DNA of 64,000 nt, taken from IMG/VR virus record IMGVR_UViG_3300042867_001113. The stretch is one strand, 5' to 3'. This document shows, in pieces, positions 1 through 9,405 of this stretch. The DNA comes from a virus. A model generated the notes under the pieces. It had not been told where the DNA came from. It worked only from the letters and a program-made list of their open reading frames with translations, and did no database searches. Numbering within the stretch: the first letter of the stretch is position 1; each line of letters opens with the position of its first letter. The position numbers and the translations under genes are program-made.

Positions 1-1
1 C

Positions 2-469
2 GATCGTCTTGAAGGTTGAGTAGAGGTCCGACTCCACCCAGATGTTCAAACGAACATCTGAGCCCGCGTCTTGGTAGGACGCAAGGTCGTCGAACCGAGC
101 TTGGTCGGCGACATAGCGGCCCATCATGTAGCGCACCAAAGCGCCCATGCTGCTCGTGTGGCCGACGTCCCTTCGCTCCTGCAGCTTCTTGTAGAGCCGG
201 TCAGAGACCCAGATGTTCACGAGCCGCTTGCCCTGCTCCGCGACCTTCTTCGGAGAGACGCTGGAAGCCAGCTCACACGCTCGGCAGAGGAGCACGGAGT
301 TCGCGAGGAGCAGTTTTCCGCCAGCCTCCTCTGGAACGATGAGCCTGGGCTTCAGCTTGTGCTCGCCGCCGCAGTTCGCGCACTTGCCGTGAGCCGCTTC
401 GTAGACGAGTTGGGCCCACATCGGGCGGTCCACTTGGAGGTCTTCCGAGTCCGTCACAGTTACACCCAT
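2..469 (-). CDS. Partial (runs off window) putative DNA-binding protein: degenerate HNH-type Zn finger followed by two ribbon-helix-helix-like repeats
   Basis: Not in ORF track; manual translation from ATG at 469: MGVTVTDSED...CANCGGEHKLKPRLIVPEEAGG...NSVLLCRAC...KRLVNIWVSDRLYKKLQE...VRLNIWVESDLYSTFK; open to window edge, GC3-rich codons. Confidence 0.7.
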   Translation of the reverse strand, partial: MGVTVTDSEDLQVDRPMWAQLVYEAAHGKCANCGGEHKLKPRLIVPEEAGGKLLLANSVLLCRACELASSVSPKKVAEQGKRLVNIWVSDRLYKKLQERRDVGHTSSMGALVRYMMGRYVADQARFDDLASYQDAGSDVRLNIWVESDLYSTFKTI

Positions 470-471
470 TG

Positions 472-485
472 GGACCATATGGCCC
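472..485. promoter_or_regulatory. Palindromic motif GGACCATATGGCCC immediately upstream of ATG 469 (candidate operator)
   Basis: Same GGACCATATGG core recurs at 3450, 10007, 23258, 39421, 57505. Confidence 0.55.
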
Positions 486-567
486 ACGTCCGCGTTGAGC
501 ATGTCCGTACCTCACAACAGATGTATCATGTTCCCTGAAAAAGCCCACACGAAGTGGGCGAGTTGAT

Positions 568-1323
568 TCAGGGGAGCCATCCCATAGCCTTCAGAGCCCG
601 CTGGTACTCAGGGTCACCCGCTCCGAGCGCACGAAGCGCCCTGACCGACGGCGATTCCCACCCAGTCGCCACGGGAGCAGGGAACGGGTTCTTCGCGGGT
701 GCCCCGAGGGGAACAGCGTAGGAGCCCACGTTGGCGGTTGTGGTGCCTTCCTGCTGCGCGAGGATCGCCTTCATGGCGTCCATCCTCGCTTGCTGCAGCT
801 GAGGAGATGAGGGCAGACGGTTGCGGCCCCGCGAACCAGCGAATCCGAAGTTCTCTTGTAGCGCAAGTGTGCGCCTCGCCTGTGCCAAGGCTTCACGCTG
901 GGTAGCGTGTGGGTCGGTCAGCACCTTGCCCTTTTCCGTCGTGACGACGTAGACAGTCATCTTCTTCGTGAGGGAAGAGGGGCCATACGCCGCCTTCTCC
1001 TTGTGGACGAAGACCTTGTGCCCGTCGAGCATGACTGCCTTCCCCTCGTCTTGCGCTTCCTGCCGCTCCGCGCGACCGGCAACGTGTTCGAGGGCTTCTT
1101 CCTCGCCGAAGATCGATGTGACGGACTCGGACGCATCGCGCAGGACGTCAGCGGTCGCACGCATCTGCCCGCGCATCTCGGCGTACTTTGGAAGGGGGAT
1201 GCGCTCGCGGTAGATGTCGGAGAGGACGTCGAGCATGTCTTCGACGCGGCCCGTGCGGTCGACGAGGTCTTCGAGTTTGGCCTTCAGGTCGAAGGTGCCG
1301 TCTTTGGATTCAGAATGGCGCAT
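568..1323 (-). CDS. Hypothetical protein, possibly virion-associated
   Basis: 251-aa ORF directly downstream of tube gene, phage-like codon usage. Confidence 0.6.
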   Translation of the reverse strand: MRHSESKDGTFDLKAKLEDLVDRTGRVEDMLDVLSDIYRERIPLPKYAEMRGQMRATADVLRDASESVTSIFGEEEALEHVAGRAERQEAQDEGKAVMLDGHKVFVHKEKAAYGPSSLTKKMTVYVVTTEKGKVLTDPHATQREALAQARRTLALQENFGFAGSRGRNRLPSSPQLQQARMDAMKAILAQQEGTTTANVGSYAVPLGAPAKNPFPAPVATGWESPSVRALRALGAGDPEYQRALKAMGWLP

Positions 1324-1332
1324 CCTCGCAGT

Positions 1333-2064
1333 CTACGCAGACAGCGCAATTTCCTCCACGAATTCCGGCTGGATGTCCATCTCTTGAATCGAGACCTGCC
1401 CAGAGGTTGCGTCGAAGTCGGAGCCGGTCTTGTACCTCAGCGGGACGCAGTTCTTGAGGAGGAAGGCGCGCGCGGGGATCTTGATGCCGGTCGACTGCGA
1501 CGTAGGTGCGTTGGGAGCAAAGTTGGCCGCGAGGGTTGCCGCACCCAGAGACCCAAGCTGGACTCCAGACGCGACCCCCGCTAGGGCTCCAGATTGCAGA
1601 CCCGCTTCCGCTCCGACGGCAAAACCCGTCACAGTCGACAGCCCGCCCGCGACCCCGGCTGCCATCGCAACCTGCTGCGCCAAAGTCTGGGCTGGAGTGT
1701 TTCGGAAGAAGTGAACCAGAAGCAGGGTTCGGCGGTAAGTAATGCCGCCGAGCTGGAGGCCAGATAGTCCGGTCGTTCCCGCCAAGGCTGCGACGGTCCA
1801 CTTCCAGAAGTCCGAGTTGAACCACGTCACCCCTCTGGAGAGAGTGATGGACCCGACGCTGCCGCCCTTCACGACCGTCTTCGTAAAAGGCCAGTTCCCC
1901 TCGTTGATCTGCTGCGTCTCGACGGTGATTTCGGGAGACGATACCGCCGAGAACCCAGAGAGAGGCGTGAACAGCGGCAACGCAGGTATGAAGTCGATGG
2001 GAGCGACGTCGTAGAGCCAGAAGTTGTTGTCGCGCAGTGGGTCGAGGAGGTTGGAGCGCGCCAT
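1333..2064 (-). CDS. Tail tube-like protein (T4 gp19 family), paralogue 2, with Gly/Ala hydrophobic insertion
   Basis: DPLRDNNF...GFSAVSSPEITVETQQINEGN...GSITLSRGV...FWKW...P.RYK.GSDFDATSGQVSIQEMDI matches the gp19 tube pattern. Confidence 0.85.
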   Translation of the reverse strand: MARSNLLDPLRDNNFWLYDVAPIDFIPALPLFTPLSGFSAVSSPEITVETQQINEGNWPFTKTVVKGGSVGSITLSRGVTWFNSDFWKWTVAALAGTTGLSGLQLGGITYRRTLLLVHFFRNTPAQTLAQQVAMAAGVAGGLSTVTGFAVGAEAGLQSGALAGVASGVQLGSLGAATLAANFAPNAPTSQSTGIKIPARAFLLKNCVPLRYKTGSDFDATSGQVSIQEMDIQPEFVEEIALSA

Positions 2065-2079
2065 CAGTCACCTACAAAG

Positions 2080-2116
2080 AAAAACGCCGGAGTCGAGGCC
2101 ACCTCAAACTCCGGCG
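2080..2116 (-). terminator. Intrinsic terminator after tube gene 1
   Basis: CGCCGGAGT/ACTCCGGCG inverted repeat followed by T-run on minus strand. Confidence 0.75.
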
Positions 2117-2135
2117 CTGGTGGATCAGGCTCGTC

Positions 2136-2720
2136 TCAAGAAGGTCTGACGTCGATTCTTGCATCCACCACGTCGAAGTACTCGAAGGCGATGTCCAGCT
2201 CAGACACAGAGATGTCGCTCGACGAGGCGTCGAGGTCACCCGCGACCTTCGCGCGGATTGGGAACGCCTCGTACAAGTTGTAGATGCGAGACGGTTCTGC
2301 TGAAGGCTTCAGCGCCGCCGATTCCGGCATGCCGCCAGACGTGCTCGCGGTCGTGATGGGAACCGGGCGAGTCAGCACCGAGCGGTTGAAGTGCTTGATG
2401 CTGACCGTCGTCCGGTAGTCCCCAGAGCCTTCGACGACCACGCGAAGCCAGTTCCAGAAGTTCGAGCCTGTCTGAGTGACGCCCTTTTGCAAGGTGATGT
2501 CACTGACAGTCGTGTTGCCCGGATACTTCTGTGGGTAGTTGAAGTGGCCTTCCCGATACTCCACGGCCTCCGTCGTCGCTTCAGGCGTCGTGCAAGACAT
2601 AAAGCCTGCAGGTACGTTCGACGGGAAGATCTCAGGACGTAGTGTGTCGGGAATTTCCGCACCAGTCGTCACGTGGAACCGCATCGAGTGCAGAAAGTCG
2701 GTGGCTGCTGCGCGTGTCAT
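2136..2720 (-). CDS. Tail tube protein (T4 gp19 family)
   Basis: AGFMSCT...EAVEYREG...KYPGNTTVSDITLQKGV...FWNW...AFP...GDLDASSSDISVSELDIAFE. Confidence 0.9.
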   Translation of the reverse strand: MTRAAATDFLHSMRFHVTTGAEIPDTLRPEIFPSNVPAGFMSCTTPEATTEAVEYREGHFNYPQKYPGNTTVSDITLQKGVTQTGSNFWNWLRVVVEGSGDYRTTVSIKHFNRSVLTRPVPITTASTSGGMPESAALKPSAEPSRIYNLYEAFPIRAKVAGDLDASSSDISVSELDIAFEYFDVVDARIDVRPS

Positions 2721-2765
2721 GTCTGGCTCCTTGAGGAGGTAGGGTTCCGAAGACGACGAACCCTA

Positions 2766-3392
2766 TCAGGCTTCGCGACGGGCAGTGATGACGATCTCGC
2801 CGACCGTCGAACGGTCACGACGAATGAACAAGCCGACGAGCGCGCCGGGGGTCAAGACCACCGAGGCGTTCGGGCCAATCATTCGAGCCGCGCCGAGGAC
2901 GTCCGCAGGGACCGTCGCCGCGAGGGTGCCGCCACCAGCCGCTGCCGAGCGCACCGCGAGGGTCGAAGCGCCGGGGCCTGCCGTGGAGATGAGAGCCATC
3001 GCGTCGAGAATGCGGACCTTGTAGGGCAGCGTGTTGACCGCGTAGATGGTCACGTCGTCGAGCGTGCCAGAGGCACCGCCCGAGACAAACGCCTTGCGGA
3101 AGATGACCGGAGCAGAGTCGATCGCTGCAGCAGCAACCGGAGCAACTGCCAGCGCGCTCACTGAGCCGGGAGCGAGAGGCGATGGGAGCGGGATGGAGGC
3201 CAACTCATCCGCCGTGTAGGCGATGGACGCAGTCAGGATCCCGTCAGCGACAGCAGCTTGCAGGCCCGCCATCGACGAGATTTCCGCAGGCGACCGGCTG
3301 ACGACGAGGGTTTGTGCTGCAGCGATGTCAACGTAGACATCGTTGAGGAAGAAGGCCGACGCAGAGATGTTCGTGATCGAGAGGGAAGCCAT
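2766..3392 (-). CDS. Putative virion structural/decoration protein
   Basis: 208-aa Ala/Val/Thr-rich ORF between sheath and tube, GGAG RBS. Confidence 0.55.
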   Translation of the reverse strand: MASLSITNISASAFFLNDVYVDIAAAQTLVVSRSPAEISSMAGLQAAVADGILTASIAYTADELASIPLPSPLAPGSVSALAVAPVAAAAIDSAPVIFRKAFVSGGASGTLDDVTIYAVNTLPYKVRILDAMALISTAGPGASTLAVRSAAAGGGTLAATVPADVLGAARMIGPNASVVLTPGALVGLFIRRDRSTVGEIVITARREA

Positions 3393-3431
3393 GTGAATTC
3401 TCCTGCAAGCTGGGGGAAGAGTACGAGGGTT

Positions 3432-3469
3432 CAGAGAGAAACACCAACGGGACCATATGGCCCCGTTGG
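3432..3469 (-). terminator. Hairpin/terminator after sheath gene; the stem contains the GGACCATATGG palindrome
   Basis: CCAACGGG-accatatggc-CCCGTTGG followed by TGTTTCTCT on minus strand. Confidence 0.6.
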
Positions 3470-3476
3470 CGAAAGG

Positions 3477-6329
3477 TCAGGAATTGAGGGACTTCTGCTG
3501 GAAGCGCATCCGCACGAATTCAGCAGGCTTGTTTGGGGCCGCACCGATGTCGATGATGACTTGACCCGCTTCGATGGTGGCCGGGGTATTGTTTGAGGAG
3601 TCACAGACGACAAAGTACGCCTGTTGAGGGTTCACGCCCGCAAAGAAGCCTTGCGAGAACAAGTTCCCCATGTACGAGTCCAGTTGCGCCGTGATGCGCG
3701 ACCAGAGGCCGGGACCATTGTTCTCGAAGACGATCCACCACGTGGCGTTGAAGATCGACTTCTCCAAGAACATGAACAGCCGACGAGCGTTGATGTAGCG
3801 CCAGTCAGGAACCTGCGAGATGGTGCGGACGCCCCACACTGCGAGCCCGGTCTGCGTCGACGAGATCAAAGAGTTGATCTTGTTCGGGTAGACGAGGTCG
3901 CGGTCTTCCTGCGTCGGAGCGGTCTCCAGACCCACAAGGTAGGTCAAGGCGCCGTCCACGGTGCCGCCGGGGCTCTTGCCGACGTTCCGGTTGTTGTCCG
4001 TGCGGGCGTAGACACCAGCGACGTGCCCAAGGGGAGGCATCAGTGTGGGACGGTTGTTCATCAGGGGATTGGAGACTCGGACCCACGGCCAGTAAAGCGC
4101 CGCGTAGTCCGAGGACCGCACGAGGCTGAACCGGAACCAATCGACCGCCTTCTGGGCCGTCAGCCCAGCAGGTGTGGCGAGAATGATGAAGCGGTCACCA
4201 CCCTGCGGCATCAGCGCGCGGCCAGCGGCGTAGTCGAGCTGATCCTGCGAGATGATCACGTTCCCGGCGAAGTCAACGATCGTGATCTGCAGCAGCTCCT
4301 CGACCTTGTTGAAGGCGTACATGCCCTTATAGGTCGCCGCCAGCGCTGTGGCGTCGGTAAACTGCGACCGACCCCAATTCGTCGAGTCGAACGTGCCTTC
4401 CTCACCGGGCAGGTAGTTCTTCGAGGTGTCGCCGAGGATTTCGGAGTGAACCGTCTCGGCCACCTTGTCAGCGAAGGTCGCGACGACGAGCGTCGCTCCC
4501 TTGATGTTGAGCAGAGTGGTGAATTCGACCGCGCCGGTCTCGTAGTCGATGGTGTTGTCCACCGATGTCAGGACCGACCCCACCAGATTGCCGTCACCGT
4601 CGTCTGTGATGACGCGCGCCGTGCCGGTAGTGTCGGTGTAAGCAATCGACACCGTTCGAGGCGCGATGGGTCCACCGAGCGAGGTCGAGAAGACTCGGTT
4701 GGGAGCCAGCGCGTTGCCGCCACCGAGAGCCAGCGTGTGCGGAACGGCATTCAGCTGGTAGGGCGGAATGTCACCAGCAGGCTCGTTGACCCGGATGAGG
4801 TCGGACAGCTCGTTCACGACGTCGGCGAAGTAGACAGGGGAGGATGAGTCGTCGAAGACCATCTCCTCGTACTGCTCGACGACGTTGAAGGTCGACGTTG
4901 GCGTGTTGCGCAGCAGCACCAGCATGTCGAAGCGGGTGTAGACCCCGGTCGATGCGTCAAAGAAGTTCGGCGACCCAGCGATCTGGACCTGCAGGTTGTT
5001 GCCCCACGCGCCGACGGAGATCGGGTCCACCGACCACGCGTTGAGCGTGTAGTCCGAGAGGAGAGGGCTCTTGTTGCAGGGGATGAAGCCCGTGAGGTCG
5101 AGCGCGAACGCTCCCGAGGAGTAGTCCACTGACCCGGGGGTCGCGACATCGCCGAGCCACAGACCCGCCGCCGAAGCGACGATCGGGGCGACTGAGAAGC
5201 CCGCTGCCGCCACGGACTCCGAGAGGACCGGGATCGGGGCAACGGACGAGTTCGGCACCAGTTTGATCTGGGTTGAAGACCCAGCCACGGCTTCCGCCTT
5301 GAGCAGAAGCAGAGGGGCGTTGTTGATGGCGGCGATCGTCGCGGCTTGAACAGTCGCAACCGAGTCCGCGAGGGTGAATGGGATGGGGAGGCCCGTCGAG
5401 GCACCGTTCGAGTCGTACTCGAACGTGACGGGGGGATTGACGCCGTCATCGATGATGAAGGCATCGGTGTCGACGAGCGACGCGCCTGCGACGATCGTGA
5501 TGGCCCCGAAACCGTCGACCGCCGTGCGAGTCGCCGTCGTCGGAGTGAAGTCCACCGTGACGAGGGCACCGTTGTCAGCGAGCACCGGAACGAACGTCCC
5601 GAAAGTGCGGAGCGAGAACCGACCCGAGCGCGAGTCGAGGATCACGATCGCACCGTCCGTGCCGTCACCGACCGAGGCTTGGACGATCGAACCCGTCCCT
5701 GCAGGGATCAGGATGGCCTGCGCACCGGGGCCAGTGAGCGTGAAGTTGATGGTGACGGTACCGCGCACAACGGCGTCGAGGTTGTTCACCAGCGTGGGGA
5801 GGCCAGCAGGGTTGATACGACCATCGTAGCTCGCCTGCGCCGTCACCAGCGAGAGGTTGGCGGTGCTGTCGCGATTGCGCGCGTTCTGGGCGACCACGGG
5901 GGCGCCTGCCGAGCGCCAGTTGACGTTGATCGATCCGGGCACGAGGGGGGAGGCCCCCGCAGCCGTCGGGAACGATCCGGTGAACGCCGTCGTGACGCCG
6001 TCGCCCGTTCCGATGCTGTCGTCGGTGATGTCCGACTGGATCTTCGCATTGGCAGCCACCGCGTTCGCGGGGGGAACACGCACGATGAAGGCACGACGGC
6101 CACCGTTGGCGAAGAACGCCGCGAGCGAGAGAGGCATGAGGCTCTGCGTGACCAGCCCACCGAAGATGCGGGAGTACTGCTCGAAGCTCTGCACGAGCAC
6201 GGCTTCATTGGCCGGACCACGCTCTGCGTAGCCCACGGTGCCGAGGTTCGAGGTCGTCACACCGGGAATGATCTGCGCCGCCGTCGGGACTTCTTCGACG
6301 AAAACACCGGGCGAGAGAATGTCAGCCAT
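3477..6329 (-). CDS. Contractile tail sheath protein with large inserted domains
   Basis: N-term SPGVFVEE...FFANGG; C-term YAALYWPW, PP.GHVAGVYARTD, VWGVRT, WRYINARRL, FENN..GLW, APNKPAEFV. Confidence 0.95.
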   Translation of the reverse strand: MADILSPGVFVEEVPTAAQIIPGVTTSNLGTVGYAERGPANEAVLVQSFEQYSRIFGGLVTQSLMPLSLAAFFANGGRRAFIVRVPPANAVAANAKIQSDITDDSIGTGDGVTTAFTGSFPTAAGASPLVPGSINVNWRSAGAPVVAQNARNRDSTANLSLVTAQASYDGRINPAGLPTLVNNLDAVVRGTVTINFTLTGPGAQAILIPAGTGSIVQASVGDGTDGAIVILDSRSGRFSLRTFGTFVPVLADNGALVTVDFTPTTATRTAVDGFGAITIVAGASLVDTDAFIIDDGVNPPVTFEYDSNGASTGLPIPFTLADSVATVQAATIAAINNAPLLLLKAEAVAGSSTQIKLVPNSSVAPIPVLSESVAAAGFSVAPIVASAAGLWLGDVATPGSVDYSSGAFALDLTGFIPCNKSPLLSDYTLNAWSVDPISVGAWGNNLQVQIAGSPNFFDASTGVYTRFDMLVLLRNTPTSTFNVVEQYEEMVFDDSSSPVYFADVVNELSDLIRVNEPAGDIPPYQLNAVPHTLALGGGNALAPNRVFSTSLGGPIAPRTVSIAYTDTTGTARVITDDGDGNLVGSVLTSVDNTIDYETGAVEFTTLLNIKGATLVVATFADKVAETVHSEILGDTSKNYLPGEEGTFDSTNWGRSQFTDATALAATYKGMYAFNKVEELLQITIVDFAGNVIISQDQLDYAAGRALMPQGGDRFIILATPAGLTAQKAVDWFRFSLVRSSDYAALYWPWVRVSNPLMNNRPTLMPPLGHVAGVYARTDNNRNVGKSPGGTVDGALTYLVGLETAPTQEDRDLVYPNKINSLISSTQTGLAVWGVRTISQVPDWRYINARRLFMFLEKSIFNATWWIVFENNGPGLWSRITAQLDSYMGNLFSQGFFAGVNPQQAYFVVCDSSNNTPATIEAGQVIIDIGAAPNKPAEFVRMRFQQKSLNS

Positions 6330-6370
6330 GTCGTGCTCCTACAGGTGAACAATGTCGCAGAAAGGGAAAA

Positions 6371-6703
6371 TCACTTCTTTTCAGGCGACGGAAGGATGGG
6401 GTCTTCCTTGACCTTGGCCTCAGGCTTTACCTCAGGCTTCGCTTCAGGCTTCGCTTCAGGCTTCGCGAGAGCGGGGGCCTTCTTGACAGCGATGGTCACG
6501 CCGGACTTCGATTTCTTCGCCGCGATGAGGGGGATGGCGCGAATCTCAGGGATCAGCGCCCGCTGGTCGAGCAGGCTCTTCATGGAAGCCGACAGCTCCA
6601 CGTCATCGGGGAGCGAGGTCCACGCCTTCGGTGGGAAAACTGCAACCTTGCCCTCGATGGTGGCCGAGACGGAACCGCGAGTCGTGTTGTAGAACTTGCT
6701 CAT
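6371..6703 (-). CDS. Hypothetical protein with KPEA repeats
   Basis: 110-aa ORF; AKPEAKPEAKPEVKPEAK. Confidence 0.65.
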   Translation of the reverse strand: MSKFYNTTRGSVSATIEGKVAVFPPKAWTSLPDDVELSASMKSLLDQRALIPEIRAIPLIAAKKSKSGVTIAVKKAPALAKPEAKPEAKPEVKPEAKVKEDPILPSPEKK

Positions 6704-7419
6704 GGATTCTTCCTCTGAAGGGAGAGTACTGGCGGTTGCGTTGCAGTGCGGGAAGTCGTCGGGTCTGCGAGATCGTATTCTGCTTCGACCCTGATGGTCA
6801 CGGCAAATTGAATCATACGTTCAAGGATGCCCGCGACGTCATCCAAGTTGACAATACCCTCGTTGAACGCCTCGTAGGATCGAGGAACGCCGAGGGAGTC
6901 CGTCACCCAGATTTGGCCGTACACCGGCCAGATCTTCAAAATGTGCGTGAGCATCCGGTTCGCTGCGCTTCGACCGGGACCGCCACGCAGCGAGTTGTAG
7001 ATGTTGATCGTGTACGTGATGTCGTAAGGCGTTGCCGCCTCCTGCATCGCCATCCGGTCCGCCTGAGTGCGGGGCCCGTTTTGGGTCTGAGCAGTGACGA
7101 ACGTCGCCGTCTTGGCAGGGGCCCGGTACTTCTGCGTGAAGGGGTGCAACCGCTGCTGAGACACCGAGATGTCGTCACGCGTGACCACGAAAGCCGGGTA
7201 CCGGAAGTTCGCGTAGAAGTCCTCCGGGTACATGAAGTGAACCGGGATTCCCGGGTCACCCGGAGGGGGCTCGACTCCATCAATGGTGATGTAGAAGTGG
7301 CTGCCGTTGACTCGCCCACCCATCGACTCGATGAAGCCTTGGTCAAATGACCGGAGGTCAACATCGCCGTTTGGCAGGGCACCCGTAACCTGTTCGAGGA
7401 GAACAGACGGGTCTGTCAT
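6700..7419 (-). CDS. Putative tail terminator/completion protein (gp15-like position)
   Basis: Lies between neck and sheath genes; YP.F.V.R.D and TPYDITYTINI motifs; ATG 7419 with GGAG RBS. Confidence 0.55.
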   Translation of the reverse strand: MTDPSVLLEQVTGALPNGDVDLRSFDQGFIESMGGRVNGSHFYITIDGVEPPPGDPGIPVHFMYPEDFYANFRYPAFVVTRDDISVSQQRLHPFTQKYRAPAKTATFVTAQTQNGPRTQADRMAMQEAATPYDITYTINIYNSLRGGPGRSAANRMLTHILKIWPVYGQIWVTDSLGVPRSYEAFNEGIVNLDDVAGILERMIQFAVTIRVEAEYDLADPTTSRTATQPPVLSLQRKNP

Positions 7420-7424
7420 TGGAG

Positions 7425-7826
7425 TCAGGCGCTCTCGCCGAAGTGAGAATCGGCAATCGCCATGACCATGTCGCCGAACGCCATGATCTTCGCCTTGCCA
7501 ATCCACTCAGCAGTGGAGACGAGGTCATCCTCGGGCGGGAGGAAGGGCAAGGATCCCTCCTCGGCGACTGCGTCTGCAGCATCGAAGACGAAGTCGACGG
7601 CGCTCTCGGAGTCGAGGTCGTAGGCGTCCTCGATGCCAGCAGCGATGTCGAGCATGAAGTCGATGAGCACGTCGTTGACGTCGCTCACGTTCTCGGCGCC
7701 GCCGGAACCAGCCTCACCCTCACCGTGCTCGGTGTCGATCTCGCTCTCGGGGCCCCACGCCTCGCCTTCCATCTCCGCGAGTCGTTTGCGGATGCCTGCG
7801 AGCTTCTGGGAAACACTGATGGCCAT
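7425..7826 (-). CDS. Acidic hypothetical protein
   Basis: 133-aa ORF with GGAGG RBS. Confidence 0.65.
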   Translation of the reverse strand: MAISVSQKLAGIRKRLAEMEGEAWGPESEIDTEHGEGEAGSGGAENVSDVNDVLIDFMLDIAAGIEDAYDLDSESAVDFVFDAADAVAEEGSLPFLPPEDDLVSTAEWIGKAKIMAFGDMVMAIADSHFGESA

Positions 7827-7863
7827 TGAGTCCTCCGTAGGGGGTCAGCTTGTTCTACTGCAC

Positions 7864-8658
7864 TCATCGAATTTTGTCTTGAAACTCTTCAAACGAGTCG
7901 ATCTCCGTACCGGGCACAACGGCAGCTGACAAGTTCCGCCAAGACTTCCACCCGTCAAAGTCCCAGTCCAGCATCGCCCGTCCGACCACTTCACTCTCGA
8001 ACAAGGCAGCCACGCGCTGCTTGGTGGCAACAATTGCTGGGCGCCAGTGTGCGACGCTCCGAGACCCGCCCAGCCCGTACTCCAGCCGCAGAGCAGTGTA
8101 CGCCAGATCAGTTGTGGCCTTGACCTTCGTTGAAGGGTCGATCTTCACCCCTTCGTCCTTGAACGCTTTGGACCACTCAGGGCGACTCTTCTGGAGCTTT
8201 TCTCGAACCCCTTCCACCTCCCGCGTCGACACTTTCCGCTTCGTGGTCGTCGCGATCGACGTCGGTGGCTTGAAGGGGAGGGTGTCGGATGTCCACGGTT
8301 GATACCGCATCAACAGCTTGACAACAGGGTGTGGTTTTCGCGCGTTTTTGGGCTTGAAGTAGAGGACGTCCCGGGCGCCGTCGACTTCCTCGGCCTTGGT
8401 CGGTTCAGACGCCACTGCGAAGACAGGATTGACGACACCAGACTGCACGAGACGCAGAGAGCTGCGGTACGCAGCGTAGTCCGCCCCCGTCGGAATTCTG
8501 GAGACCACCTCTTCGAGCATGATCTTCGCGGCGTTGTAGACGATGTAGCGCTGGATGGCCTCAGCACGCAGCTTCAGGAACCCCTGCTCGATCATAGCCA
8601 GCGTCATGCGGGTGGCCATGTCGGGGCTGATGTTGATGTCGAAGGACGTCTTCGCCAT
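7864..8658 (-). CDS. Hypothetical virion morphogenesis protein
   Basis: Start MAKTSF overlaps upstream stop (TGATG); located in neck/tail cluster. Confidence 0.6.
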   Translation of the reverse strand: MAKTSFDINISPDMATRMTLAMIEQGFLKLRAEAIQRYIVYNAAKIMLEEVVSRIPTGADYAAYRSSLRLVQSGVVNPVFAVASEPTKAEEVDGARDVLYFKPKNARKPHPVVKLLMRYQPWTSDTLPFKPPTSIATTTKRKVSTREVEGVREKLQKSRPEWSKAFKDEGVKIDPSTKVKATTDLAYTALRLEYGLGGSRSVAHWRPAIVATKQRVAALFESEVVGRAMLDWDFDGWKSWRNLSAAVVPGTEIDSFEEFQDKIR

Positions 8659-9128
8659 CAGCCCTTCTCCGCGTCGCGCTTCTCGAACTCTGCCTCTGTC
8701 TCGGCGATACGCTCCCACACAGTTTTCTTGCGGGGAGGGAAGAGTGTGGCCAGTGTCTTCTCGACACCTCCGCCAATGTTCACCAGAGCCTGAGCCTCCT
8801 GAGGGAGCTGCATGTTTGTCGGCTTGAGGGTCGGGAGCATGCGCTTGTGCTTTTCACACACCCCGAAGCGGCGCCTCGACCCGGGCTTGGCGATGACCCC
8901 TACAGGGGGTTCGCCGCAGATGAAGCACCACTGGTCGAAGGCCGTCATCGGGCCCGCGTACTCATGGAAGTCATCACCCGCGAGCGGCGACCCACACGGT
9001 GTGCGGGAGGTGCAACGGTCCCCGGGAAGACCTCGGTCGCGACCCTCCCAATACCGGGGACAGGTGGCACACACCGTCGACAACCCACCTTGGACCGCAA
9101 GGGCCACCCGCACACTGTGCTGCGACAA
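8658..9128 (-). CDS. Cys-rich (Zn-binding) hypothetical protein
   Basis: CATC, C..C, CFIC, CEKH motifs. Confidence 0.65.
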   Translation of the reverse strand: MSQHSVRVALAVQGGLSTVCATCPRYWEGRDRGLPGDRCTSRTPCGSPLAGDDFHEYAGPMTAFDQWCFICGEPPVGVIAKPGSRRRFGVCEKHKRMLPTLKPTNMQLPQEAQALVNIGGGVEKTLATLFPPRKKTVWERIAETEAEFEKRDAEKG

Positions 9129-9136
9129 GTGGCCTC

Positions 9137-9394
9137 CTAGATCGCCGCTTTGGCGACCTTGAGGGCCTTCGTTGCCTTCGAGGCGTTGAACATCTTCATG
9201 CCCTTCAGCAAGGCCGCTTTGCTGGAGACGAGCTTCTTCAGCATGCCGATGAAGATCTCCTGATGACCCTCGTCACCGGGATCCATGCCTGCCGCATCCA
9301 TCGCAAGCACGAGCTGCGGGATGAGGATTTTCGGATCGGGCATGGAATCGCTCTCTTCACCGAGCAGAGCAAGCATCTTGGGCGTGACAGACAT
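9137..9394 (-). CDS. Small hypothetical protein
   Basis: 85-aa ORF with GAGG RBS. Confidence 0.6.
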   Translation of the reverse strand: MSVTPKMLALLGEESDSMPDPKILIPQLVLAMDAAGMDPGDEGHQEIFIGMLKKLVSSKAALLKGMKMFNASKATKALKVAKAAI

Positions 9395-9405
9395 AGGGCA
9401 CCTCT

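Noticed and set aside
1333-6329. Extracellular contractile injection system or tailocin locus
   Set aside because: Tube and sheath are contiguous with capsid, portal, terminase and replication genes, so this is a phage
6417-6464. 12-bp tandem repeat (ttcaggcttcgc-like)
   Set aside because: Explained by KPEA peptide repeats in the CDS; the same applies to the poly-D/E repeat near 12430-12510
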